A stretch of DNA of 64,000 bases from Dictyostelium discoideum (lineage: Eukaryota), in contig CM000152.2 in the NCBI GenBank assembly GCA_000004695.1, forward strand, positions 2,976,001 through 3,040,000, read 5' to 3'. Within the stretch, counting starts at the first letter, position 1. Every line of letters begins with the position of its first letter. Positions 12,701-28,845 of this stretch are shown piece by piece. A program made the position numbers and the translations under genes. The notes beneath the pieces were generated by a model. It saw nothing but the letters and a program-made list of their open reading frames with translations. It did not search any database and had not been told where the DNA came from.

Positions 12701-13510
12701 GTGGTAGTGGTAATGTTGAAGCATTATTATTACTAATTATATTTGATGGATTTGAAGGTGGTGATAAATTTTTAGATAAATATGAAGATGGTTTTCTTTT
12801 ATTTTGAATTGAACTATCTTTCATAAAAGTTTCTTCTAAATCTTTTAAAGTTGATTCTAAATCAAAGGTTGAGGTGAGTCTTAAAGATTTGATTCTAGAA
12901 TTATCAGTTTTAATTGAATTTCTAATTGACTCATCACTCATATCATTTAAGAGTGTATCTAAATAATCAAATCCTCCTTCATTTAAATTACTTGGATGTT
13001 GTGATAATCTTGATTTTCTTTTCTCTGTTGCTGATTGTTGGGCTGCTGTTGTGGTTGTTGTTGAACTATTTCCATTTCCATTTGGCATTTGCTCTTGAAA
13101 TGATATTTTTGTTGCAGAATTACCATTATTATTATTATTATTGTTGTTGTTGCTGTTGTTGTTGTTTAAATTTATTGTTGATTGACCATTTAATGCAGCC
13201 TCTGATTCTGCTAACATCTCATTTAATAAATCATCCAATTCTAATGTGAATTAAAATATAATTCATTTATTTAATTTTTATTATGAAAATAAAATTTTAA
13301 TTTGAAAAAAAAAAAAAAAAAAAAAAAAAAAATTATATAATAAAATAAAATAAAATAAGAAATAGGGAAAAGTAAAATAAAAAGTTTTAAAAAAAAAAAA
13401 AAAATTATTAGATTTTTATCCCATGATTAGGAAAATAAAATTTTAAAAAAAATAATAAAAAAAAAATGGAAAATAAAAAAAAAAAAAAAAAAAATTACTT
13501 ACCAGACATG
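9578..13510 (-). CDS. Protein-kinase-fold protein with C-terminal armadillo/HEAT-like repeats; predicted pseudokinase (HRS instead of HRD, DYG instead of DFG)
   Basis: complement(join(9578..9702,9794..13240,13504..13510)). There is a 7-nt first exon ATGTCTG followed by GTAAGTA; the ORF-track leading M is actually TTG. The kinase core has GSGNNG, VMK, HPNIL, the catalytic loop HRSLHPKN, DYG, and APE. A 3' GTATGT donor at 9793 is followed by a terminal exon ...PIHIPYLKSSNIIEPLQYLKSSPHPSIQKAVEKILMLVSSK*. The C-terminal 450 aa are leucine-rich helical repeats (LLINLL.., GGIPLLINLLSH). Confidence 0.7.
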
Positions 13511-13627
13511 ATTGAGAGTATTTAGTATATAAATAATATCTATTTATAAAGAGTTTGTTTTTCTTTTTTTTTTTTTGTTTTTTTTTTTGTTTTTCTATTT
13601 AATGTGGGGGTGTGTGAGATATTGATA

Positions 13628-13680
<53 letters not shown>

Positions 13681-13895
13681 GCCAAAATAAAAATTTAAAA
13701 ATAAAAAATGAAAAATAAAAAAAAAATTAAAAAAATTAAAAATAAAAAAATGAAAAATAAAATAAAGAAAAAAAAAAAAAAAAAAGGAAAAAGATAAAAT
13801 TCTAGGGATTTGACAGTGATCGTGCCGATTTCTTTTATTTTTTTTAAAAATAAATTTTATTTTTTTATCTTTTTATTTTTTTTATCTTTTTATCT

Positions 13896-14700
13896 TTTTA
13901 TTATTATAAACATTTATTTATTTTTTTTTTATAAAGAAATTAATCAAATATTAATAAATTAAAAAATAAATATTGATTTTAAATAATAAAAATCTCAAAA
14001 TTAAAAAAATAAAAATTAAAAAAAAAAAAAATATATAAATATATATATAAATTAAATTAAAAAAATTATTATTTATTATTTATTATTTTATTTCCTAATC
14101 CCGTCCAAAAAAAAAGAAATCGATTTCTTTTTTTTTTTTTCAAAAAATACTATTACAAAAAAAAAAATGAAAAAAATTAAAAAAAAAAAAAAATTTTATT
14201 TTTATTATTTGGACCGATATTTAAAAAAAAATTCTTTCAACCATATATTTTTTGAAAGTTTTTGGGTGATAACGTCTTTGATTTTGTTCAATGGATATCC
14301 ACAATGGTGTAATTAATTTATTTAGAACAATGCCTATGACCAAGATATTTGTGGATCACCCCCAATCATCACAATTACGACCATGATCTTGACAATATTT
14401 TTTAAAAATGAATTTTATTTTTTTATTTTTTTTATAATTTATTTTAAAAAAAAAATAAAGAAATTAATCATAAAAGAATTAAAAAATTAATAAATAAATA
14501 TTGATTTTAAATAAATATATTACCCAATTTAAAAATTATTATTTATTATTTTTTATTTATTATTATTTCATTTCCCGTCCCGATCCAAAAAAAAATCGAT
14601 TATTTATGTTTTTAAACAAAAAAAAAATTTTTATTCTATTTTTTATTTTTTATTATTTGATCAATCTTTAAAAAAAAAAAAAAAATTCTTTAAACTATTA
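13896..14700. repeat. Two ~270-bp imperfect direct repeats (13896-14230 and 14436-14700) in a divergent promoter region, each containing a CCCGTCC...(A)9...ATCGATT core
   Basis: Shared blocks: ataaagaaattaatca; taaataaatattgattttaaata; ttattatttattatt; tttcc(taat)cccgtcc...atcgatt; ttattattt(g)gaccgatat/gatcaatct...aaaaaaaa...attcttt. Confidence 0.6.
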
Positions 14701-15146
14701 AATCAAATATTTGATTTATAAGTTTTTTTTTTTTTTTTTTTTTTCATTTTTGAAATAATTATTTTATTTTATTTTTTTTAGTAATAATGAACTAAAATAT
14801 TATTTTTTTAACGTTTAAATCAAAAAATTTGTATTTTTTTTATTATTTTTTTTTTTTTATTTTTTTTTATTTTATTTTTTTTTTATTTTTTTTTTTGAAA
14901 ATTTTTATTTTTTTATTTTTTTTTTTTTTTTTTTAATAACATCCACAAGTAACTGCAGTAACCTGATAATTATAAAAATAACAAAATTTAAAAAATAATA
15001 ATAAATAAAAAGTTACAAAAAAAAATATATTTAAAAGAGAGAAAAGACAATAGTTATTATTATCATTATTTGTAATTTTAAATATATATTTTTTTTTTTC
15101 TTTCAACTTCACATATTAAAAAATAAATAAAAAAATTAAAATTTTT

Positions 15147-15178
<32 letters not shown>

Positions 15179-15361
15179 GAAAAATTAAAATTAAAATAAA
15201 AATAAAAAAAAAAAATTATAACAATAACAGATAATAATAGTAACAATAGCAATAATAACAGATAGTAATAGTAATAATAATAACAGATAATAATAAATTA
15301 TAGATTATAATTAAAGATAAAAAAAAAAAAAAAAAAATAATAGATTATATAATATAATTTT

Positions 15362-19227
<3,866 letters not shown>

Positions 19228-19326
19228 AAAAAATTTAAAAAAAAAAGTAATAAAGATAAAAAAAAAAAAATTATAAATTGACTTTATTATTTAAATCTAA
19301 ATATAGCTTTCCAAAAATGTTTTTTT

Positions 19327-19371
<45 letters not shown>

Positions 19372-19454
19372 GTTGTTTGATTAATTTTCAAAAATAATAT
19401 TTTTAAAATATTTATATTTTTTTATTTTTATTTTTTATTTTTTTTTAAGTAAAA

Positions 19455-20437
19455 ATGTCAAAAAGAGATAACAGTTATAATAAAAGAAAGAGTGAAGATG
19501 GAGATAGTTATAAAAAGAGAGATAATCAATCATATGATGATATTCTAAAGGATGAGGGAAATAAAAGGTTAAGAGAACTTCAAACATATAGTGAAGGTGA
19601 TAAATCAAGACAACATTATAATAGAGACAGCAATGATAATAGTAGAGATAATAATAGATATAATAATAGAGATAATAATAATAATAACAATAGTAATAAT
19701 AATAGAGAGAGAGATAGATATAAAAAAAATAAAAATGAAAATTTTGATTATGGAAAATATAAATTTGGTAAATCAAATGAAGATGAAGAAAATAAAGATA
19801 AACCAAATATTGTAAGGGAAAAACCAGATTTTAAACCATCTGGTAGTTTAAAAAATGATAGTAGTAGTAATTATGGTACAATATCAAGTGGTAGAAATAA
19901 TAACAATGGAGAAGAAGATGAAGAAAATAAAATTAAATTAAAATGGCATGAACCTGCCGAAGCAAAATTACCAACTGAAAAATGGATGTTATATCCATTC
20001 AAAGGTAAAGATCAATTGGATACAATTTATTTACATAGAAAGAAATCTTTTCTTTTTGGTAGAAATAGAGATATAGCTGATATACCAATTGATCATCCAT
20101 CATGTTCTTCACAACATGCTGTAATTGTTTTTAGAATTAGAAAAAAAGAAAATCCAAATACTGGTTCAATTAAAACTTTTATTTTGTATGTATTATTTTG
20201 AAATAATATATATTTTTTTTTTTTTTTAATACTAATTATTTTAATTTTAGACCATATATAATAGATTTAGAGAGTACAAATGGAACATTTCTAAAGGGTG
20301 AAAAAATTGAACCTGCAAAATATTTTGAACTAAGACCAAAAGATAAAATTACATTTGGTACAAGCACAAGAGAATATATATTATTATGTGAAGATTCAAT
20401 TGAAGGAGATGAAAGTGAAGAAGAAGATAGTGATTAA
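19455..20437 (+). CDS. FHA-domain protein, SNIP1 (Smad nuclear-interacting protein 1)-like
   Basis: join(19455..20185,20251..20437). Donor GTATGT after ...KTFI(TT); acceptor ATTTTAG. The FHA core is YLHRKKSFLFGRNRDIADIPIDHPSCSSQHAVIVFR...PYIIDLESTNGTFL with an acidic C-terminus. The N-terminal region is RD/RE/N-rich, typical of SNIP1. Confidence 0.75.
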
Positions 20438-20499
20438 AACATTTTAAAATAAAATTTTTTTATTATGATTATTATTATTTATTTATTATTATTATTATT

Positions 20500-21587
20500 T
20501 TAAATTAATTTTAAATCTTTAAAAATTAAAGGTAATTGAACTTCAAAAATTGATAAATGAATTGTTGGATTATTTAAATTCTTTTTAATTGTATCAACAG
20601 TATGAAATATATTTAAACATGCATTATGGGGACGTGGTGCACCAGGTAATTTTTCATTGATAGGTTTGATGATTGATTGTGGATTAGTGATTCCCAATAC
20701 ATTTGCCATATCGATTGCCATATCATATTTGGTTTTCATTTGTTGACCTGAAAAATGATAAATACTATTGTATTGTTTTGAAATCATTAATTCATAGCAA
20801 ACACGTGCAACATCTTCAACACAAGTTGGATATCTAATTTGCCAATTATCAATTTCGATTGGTTGATTTGCATCTCTTGCTTTGATAACTTGTTCTGCGA
20901 CTGCTGTAACTGCACATTCTTTTAAATTTTCAACATAACCATACAATACTGGTACTCTAAGTATGATATACTTGAATGAATCAGATTCTTTGGATGCTTT
21001 GATAATTAATTGCTCAGATTCTTCTTTGGTTTTACCATAAAATGATAATGGGTTGGTTTTGGCATCAATATCATATGGTGGGTTTTCACCATCGAAAACA
21101 TAATCTGAACTAATGTAAAATAGAGTTGCATTAACAGATTTAGATAATTCAATCAATTTTTCAGTGGTACCAACATTTAGTTTTTGAGTTTTCTCTTTAT
21201 CACCTTCACATTGATCTGGTCTTCTTTCAGCTGCTGCATGAATGATAACGTTTGGTTTGAAATCATTAACAAATTCACTCAATTCAGAATCATTGGTAAT
21301 ATCTAATTTTCTTAATTCATTTGGAAATTGATTTACATATTTTTCATATCTACTCCATCCTAATCCAACTAATTTTATATGTTCTAATGGTGGTTGTGTA
21401 AATACTTTCATTAATGCTCTTCCTAATAATCCAGTTGCACCTTTTTTTATTTTTTTATTTTTTATTTTTTTTTTTAATTAGTAAAAAAAATAAAATTTTA
21501 TTTATTTTGTTAAGATTATGTATTTCTATATGATTATTCATTACCAGTAATTAGAACTTTGGTTTTTGGTAATGCAGCATTTGACAT
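20500..21587 (-). CDS. RmlD-like NAD(P)-dependent reductase; methionine adenosyltransferase 2 subunit beta (MAT2B)-like
   Basis: complement(join(20500..21440,21545..21587)). Exon 1 is MSNAALPKTKVLITG followed by GTAATG. Exon 2 begins GATGLLGRAL (Rossmann GxxGxxG), and the ORF-track M is TTG. It has an SDR/RmlD-type Y..K region. Its 3' end lies only ~62 bp from the convergent SNIP1-like stop. Confidence 0.75.
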
Positions 21588-21945
21588 TTTTATTATGTAA
21601 CTAGTTACAAAATTATTTAAATGATAATGAATGTGTGTTTTTGAAAAAATGAAAATGAAATTATTTTTTTTTTTATTTTTTTTTTTGAACTTAATGTTAA
21701 TAAAAAAAAAATAAAAATAAAAATAAAAAAATAAAAAAAATAAAAATTAAATAAATTTTTAATGGAAACCCCTTCTCCAAAAATAAAAAATAATAAAATA
21801 AAAATAAAATAAAATTTTTCCTTTTTTTTGGTATGATATTATTATTATTATTATCATTATTATTACTATTTACAGATACACAAATTTTGTGTATATTTTT
21901 ATTAATGTTGTTTTTTTTTTTTTTTTTTTTTTTTAATTAGGAAAT

Positions 21946-22325
21946 TTATAAACTTAAATTGGATCTTATTATAGATTTAGCCCTTGAAGAAGAAATTCTA
22001 TGGGATATTGCCAAATGAACTAAAATGGATTTTCTGTAATAATGGTTTGAAAGTATTTCATAAATTTCTTCTTTTTCTCTATTTGGTACATCAATTAAAT
22101 ATTGTTGTTCATCTTCTTTTTCTTCTTCATCTTTCTCATTATTTTCTTCTTTTTCTTTATCATCTCCTTCTTGTTGTTGCTCTTCTTCTTCCTTTTCCTC
22201 TTCATCTTCTTCACTAATTTCAATTTGTGGTAAGTCATCTAGTGTATCATGATATTCATTATCATCATCATCACTACTAATATTACTATTACTACTACTA
22301 CTAATACTATTACTTATTATAATAC

Positions 22326-22367
<42 letters not shown>

Positions 22368-22373
22368 TATTAC

Positions 22374-22413
<40 letters not shown>

Positions 22414-22827
22414 TATTATGTGTTGTTGTTGCTGTTCCATTGTTTCATCTTGTATATTACTATTATTATCAGCGGTGGTACTGTTATCGTTACAGTAGTC
22501 ACTGAGTTTTAATTTTTTTATTTTAGTTTTATTTTCAACATCTTGACCATCACTATCAAGTTCATCGTTTATTAATTCATTATTGTTATTATTGTTGTTG
22601 TTGTTCTCGCTATTAATTTCATCATTTATTAATTCATTATTGTTGTTGTTGTTGTTGTTAGTATTGTTTGAGATATCATTATCATCAACAAAATCATTGG
22701 ATATATCATTATTTCTATTAAAGCTTTTGTTGTCATCGTCATCATTATCGTTATTGTTTTTGTTATTTTTATTATTATTATTGTGGTCCATTGTGGAAGT
22801 TTTTTTATCTATCCCTAAATAGTACAA
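21946..22827 (-). CDS. Hypothetical acidic low-complexity protein (poly-N, D/E-rich)
   Basis: Single ORF of 293 aa with no recognisable domain. The real start may be the internal MDHNNNN. Calling it coding rests on ORF length and codon usage only. Confidence 0.35.
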
Positions 22828-23254
22828 AAACTTTAATGAAAAAAAAAAAAAAAATTAAAAAAAAAAAAAAAAAAATTAAAATAAAAATAAAATAAAAATA
22901 AAATTAAAATTAAAAAAAAATAAAAATAAAAATAAAATTAAAAAAACACATTTGGATATTAATCTATAGCTATGTGAATAAATGGTTATGAAAAAAAATG
23001 GCGTTTTGTTTAATGGTGGTTTTGTAAATACTTTCATTAATGCTCTTCCTATAAAAATAAAAAAAAAAAAAAATTAAAAATAAAAAAAAAATAATAATAA
23101 TAATAAAAACAATTGTTTTGCATAAAAAAAACAAAACAATTTAAAAAAAAAAAAATAAAAAAAAAAAAATAAAAAAATGGTAATGAAAACTAAATTAATT
23201 TAAAATTAATTCACTTTGTAAAAATAAATAAAAATTTTTACTTTAATTTTTTAA

Positions 23255-23285
<31 letters not shown>

Positions 23286-23650
23286 TGTTTCTCTTTAAAC
23301 TCCAACAAATACACTCACATATATAAATATATATATATATATATATTTATTTTAAAAAAGAATCAAATTATTTTTTATTTTTTTTTTCTTTTATTTGTAA
23401 AGAGAAAAAAAAATATTTTTCTTTTTTTTTCAAAAAATGTAAGTTTCAGATTTTTTTTTTTTTTTTTTTTGAGGCAGGTGGTTTTTCGAATTTAATTGAA
23501 AATTCAAACTATTTTTGGGAAGTGGTTCACATGTCATCGTAATCAAATCAAAGGAAGTGGTTTGATAATCAATAGTCCAATTTTTTTTTTTTTTAATTTT
23601 TTTTATACAATTATTGTTTTTATCTACTTTCTTTTTTTTTTTAATTAAAT

Positions 23651-23695
<45 letters not shown>

Positions 23696-24588
23696 AAATC
23701 ATTTTTTTCTTATTTTCACTTTTTTTTTTTTGTTTTTTTTTAAAAAAAATTTTCAAATAAATTTGTCTTTTTAATTTCCATATTATTAGAAATTAATTTA
23801 ATATATATTGTTTCACTTTTTTTTTTCTTTTTATTTATTTTCAATTTTTATTTTATTTTATTTTTTTTTTTGCGTTTAAAAAAAAGAAAAAAGTAATAAT
23901 AAATAAAATAAAATAAAATAATATATGTAGTAAAATTATTTAGTCAAAAAAAAAAAAAAAAAAAAAAGAAATTGGTAATTACAACAATAGGAAAAAGGAA
24001 ATTGTTGTTAGAGGATTAATTTTTGTTTTATTGTATGTAATTCTTTTTTTTTTTTAATTTTTTTTTGGTATGGTTTTATTAATAATCATTAATTGTCATC
24101 ATGATTAAAATATTTTATTTTTTTTCAATGGTATAAAACACACACAAAATTTATTTTTTATTTTTTTTATATTAAATGACAAATTTGGGGTTATTTTTTT
24201 AAAAACTAAATGTGGTGTTTGTGGATAAATTTAGTGTGTGTGGTATTAGATATTTTTTTTTTTTTTAATTTCAATTTTTTTTAATTTTTTTTTTTAATTT
24301 TTTAAAATCTTGATATAGTTGATAATTTTTATAGTATGGAAAATATTACTTTAATAATAATAAAAAAGAAATTTCATTCATACACATTGACACGAATTTA
24401 ATTATTATTTTAAAAAAAACTTAAAAAAAGTCCAATGTATTATTTTTTATCACCTCCTCCCCCACAAACTCATTATGTCACCATGAAAATTTCGATTTTA
24501 TCAAAATTAAATAGTATTATATTTGCTTAATAATAATTTTAATTTTAATTTTATTTTTTATTTTTTATTTTCCCCATAACAACAAAAC

Positions 24589-24644
<56 letters not shown>

Positions 24645-24806
24645 AAACTATTATCTACCAACTAAACAATAATAATAATAATAAATAATATTAATAAAAA
24701 TAATAATCATAATATTATTAAAAATCATAGTATAGTTAATGTTTTATTTTATTTATTTTATTATTTTTTAAATAATTTGAATAAATAATTTTTTTTTTAA
24801 AAATAA

Positions 24807-24843
<37 letters not shown>

Positions 24844-26772
24844 CGACATTCAGAAAAAAAAAAAAAAATAGAAAATAATATTATTTTATTTCATCAATTT
24901 CAATTCCATAGTGTTTTTATAAATTAAAAAAAGAAAAAACAATATTCTTTTAAAATCTAGAAATAACTTATTTTTTCAATTAAATTACCATATTTTTTTC
25001 AAAATTATTTATTTATTTATTAATTTATTTATTTTCATTTAAAATTATATCAATTGTTTTTTTTTTTTTTCCATAATAAAATATTTTCTTATATTTTGAC
25101 CCACTCAACTCATTCACTCAAAGTATTAAGTTTCAACTCATAAAAAAAAAATATTTTAAAATTTATCACCCACACACACAATAATAATAAAAAAGAATTT
25201 GTAAACAGACTGTCTGAAAATTTGGTTTTGGAAATCAGTTTTTAGAAAGAATATTTAAACCTATTAATTTATATATTAATATGTAGGTGTTTATTTAGAA
25301 TTTTTTATTTTTTTTTTTAATTTTTTTTTTTAATTTTTTAATTTTTTTTTTTTGTCCCATACAATAATTCGTGGTGGAAGCAGTTATTTGTATTACAAAA
25401 AATAAAAATTAAATTAATTAATAAAAATAAAAAAAATCAAAAAAAAAAAAAATCAAAATTGAATAAATTTCAATAAATATCATAGAAAGACAATCATACA
25501 CACACAAACCAACGCAACCTATGATATTTATTGTAAAAAGATTCATTTAAAATAATTCTTTTGTTCCTTTTTCATTTATTTTGTCGTTTTTCCTTTCATT
25601 TTCAAATCATAATTAATTAATTCATCCATTCGTTGTGTAATTATTGTGTTTTTTTTTTTTTGCTAGATATTTTCTTTTTTTTTTTTTTTTTTTAATAATA
25701 CGATCATCAAAAAATTAAAATAAAAAACGTACAACAATAACAATAAAATTAACACCCAACACCCAAAAACATCTTTTATAAATTATTTTAAAATTAAATT
25801 AAATTTTAAAAATCAAACCCCCCACCCCCACTTATTTTCTAAACACTTTTTTTTTTTTTTTTAATAGACACATAAAAAAAAAAAAAAAAATTCTTGCACA
25901 CTTGTTTTCATGTCATTTAATCATTCACACGTTATTTAGATCTTTTTTTTTTTTGGGTTTTCCATAAAAAACAATCAGCAATATTTTATAGATTATAGCA
26001 TTAGGTTTTTTTTTTTTAATCTTTGCATTTAAAATTATTTTTTTTTTCTTTTTTTTTTTTTTTTTTTTTTTCAAAAAAATTTCACATAAATACACACATA
26101 TATATATATTAAAAAATTGGTTAAAGATATTATGGCAACACCACCGCCATAATAATTATTAATAATAATAAAAACCAGAATTAACGCCAAAAATTATTAA
26201 TTGTTTGAATTTTATTTTTTTATTTTTTAATTTTTTTTTTTATTTTTTATTTTTTGTTATTAATTTAAAAAAAAAAAAGAATTATTATTTTTTCTTTATT
26301 GCATTTATTTATTGTATTAAAAACCTAATTCTTAATTTATATTTTTTATTATTTTTTTCCATAAATTTTTTTTTTTTTTTTTCTTTTTTTAAAAAAAAAA
26401 ATAATAATAATAATAATTTTATTTCTTTCTCCACCATCGACAATTATTTATTTATTTTGTATTTCAATTGTTTAATTTATTTTTTATTTTTTTTTATCGC
26501 CGAATTATTTCAAATAAAATTTAAATTAAAAAAAAAAAAAAAAAATTAAAAAAAAAAAAAATAATTAAAAAAATAAAAAAAAACTAATTAAAATATCGGT
26601 TTATTTATTTTTTTTTTATTAATTAATAATAATATTAATATTAATATTAATAATAATAATAATTTTTTCGAATTTATCAGTGTAATTATTCAAATAATTT
26701 TATTTTTTTTATTCAAAAAAAAAAAAAAAAACTCAAATCCAAATGAATTTTTGGTAAAGAATAAAATAAAAA
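22828..26772. promoter_or_regulatory. Unusually long (~3.9 kb) gene-free intergenic region with multiple CA/GT-rich and C-rich boxes
   Basis: No ORF >60 aa apart from a low-complexity one. Motifs include acacacacaaaat (24141), gtgtgtgtggt (24231), cacacacacaat (25161), cacacacaaacc (25491), caaaccccccacccccactt (25831), and TATAAAA at 24131. Confidence 0.4.
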
Positions 26773-26946
26773 ATGAATAATAATAATAATAATCAAAATA
26801 ATAGGATCAAATTTCCAATGGATAGTAGCGGAAATGGTAATAGATCAAATAGAAATGCACAAAATTTTTATGACCCGCCATTAAATTCCAGTCTTTTACC
26901 ACAGCAACAATCTCAAGAATTTATACAATCACCATCGAATAATAAT

Positions 26947-26986
<40 letters not shown>

Positions 26987-27681
26987 GAAATGAATTACAT
27001 TCACCACCACCAATATTTAATTACAACGAAATGAAAAAACAATTTTTACCACCATCAAATTATAATTTTAATCCAGCAACTACAACTTCATCTTCATCAT
27101 CATCATTAAATAATAGTCAAAATGAAAAGAATATGAATTCATTTTTTAACTCTAATCAATTTAAACAAAGTGATTCAATTTTAAATAGAAAACCTCAAAT
27201 GTTTAGAAGTAAGAGTTCTCCACATGTGCAATCTCCGATATCATATTCACCAATGGATACTTCATTACATAATAAATTAACGACAACAACTACAACTACA
27301 ACAACAACAACTACATCATCTTCAAATGATAACAATAATAATAATAACAATAGTAATAGTAGTGGTAGTAGTAGTATACTATCACCAATGTTAATGTCAC
27401 CAGTTTTTAATAGATTATATCAATCAAAGAGTACTCTATCATTTGATGCCAATGGTTTAGTAAATGGTTTACCAGAGGAAGTTTTAGTAAGAATTTTCAA
27501 AATTTTAAATGTGGAAGATTTATATAAATGTTATAGTGTTTGCAGTTTATGGAAAAGACTTTGTGAAGATGAAGCAATTTTTAGAAAAGTTTGTTTTAGA
27601 AATTATCCATGTTTAAAAACTTATATTAGACCTCCATTTGAAAATTCTTGGAGAAAATATTATAATTTAAGAAAGGTATTT

Positions 27682-27721
<40 letters not shown>

Positions 27722-28711
27722 ATAATTATAAAAACATATATTAATTTTATTTTTATTTTATAGTCATCATTTTTAGTACTAGGTGGACCAACATCACAAT
27801 CATCATGTATGGATGATATTTGTGCCAAATTAAGATCAGTTGGTATTGGTAATGTTGATAGTTTTTATGCACAAAAAAGGTTACCAACATTAGAGGAATT
27901 ACAAAAGTATACAAGTATTTTAATTTATAGTTATAATTCATCAGCATTTTTAGATGGTCAATTAATGGGTGATGTTTTATCAGATTATGTTGATAATGGT
28001 GGTGGTGTAGTGGTTACAGTATTCACCAATTGTAATAATCTTAGAAATGGTTTCCTCAAGGGTAGATTTTTAGATCAAAATTATCATCCAATCATTCCAG
28101 CAAGACAACATGATACCAATGGTAAGAAACCATTGAATTTGGGTAAAATTCATGCTCCAGATCATCCAATTTTACATGGTGTTAAATCATTGGAAGGTGG
28201 CCGTTCATCTTTCTTTTGTTTAGGTGCAATTAATCCCGAAGCTAAATTGGTTGCAGAATGGTCAAATGGTGTCCCATTAATTGCCGATTTAAGAAAGAAA
28301 AAAGGTAGAGTTGTCGCCCTTAACTTTTTCCCACCTTCCTCTGATACTGGTGACCCCAGATTTTGGAACTCAAATACGGATGGTAGTTTAATGATGGCAA
28401 ATTCTTTGGTGTATGTTGGGAAGAGTTCCATCTTTAGAAAAAGTAGATTAGAAGGTGCCTCCTACGTTAATGATTCTAAAAATAAATCATCAAATGATGC
28501 TGAAGGTTCAAACAATCGTAAACCAAGTGATTCAGACTTAAGAAATAGCGAAAATGGGTTTGGTCAATCAAGTTCAAATGGTTCCTCCTCAAAAAGAGAT
28601 AAAAGACATCGATTTCTTTTAGGAAAAAGGTTCTCCTTCTTTAAAAATATGTTTAATTCTAAAAAATCTGTAAATCAACAGTCATCATCATCGTCATCAC
28701 CAAATAATTAG
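26773..28711 (+). CDS. F-box domain protein with uncharacterised C-terminal globular domain
   Basis: join(26773..27675,27764..28711). The F-box is LPEEVLVRIFKILNVEDLYKCYSVCSLWKRLCED. Donor AAG|GTATTT, acceptor TTTTATAG. The C-terminal 300 aa are non-repetitive (GGGVVVTVFTNCNN...GRVVALNFFP). Confidence 0.65.
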
Positions 28712-28845
28712 TAGTAATAAAATAAAAAACAACAACAACAATAACAATTAATTTTATTTTCATATATCTTAATAATAAAATATCTTTAAAAAAAAAAAAA
28801 AAAAATCTTTTTTTTTTTTATTTTTTAAATTAAAATTAAATATTT

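Noticed and set aside
12017-12807. Several short ORFs on both strands (12017..12217, 12041..12235, 12313..12807, 12467..12736)
   Set aside because: All lie within, or antisense to, the Thr/Pro/Gln-rich low-complexity part of the ARM-pseudokinase main exon, which is itself one continuous 1,152-codon frame.
21946-22080. Possible intron at the 3' end of the acidic gene (odd C-terminal tail ILSNHYYRKSILVHLAISHRISS...)
   Set aside because: No convincing GT donor/AG acceptor pair was found, so the unspliced ORF was kept with low confidence.
26205-26549. ORF 114 aa (F/N/K low complexity) in the long spacer
   Set aside because: It is composed of poly-T/poly-A codons with no complexity. Treated as non-coding spacer.
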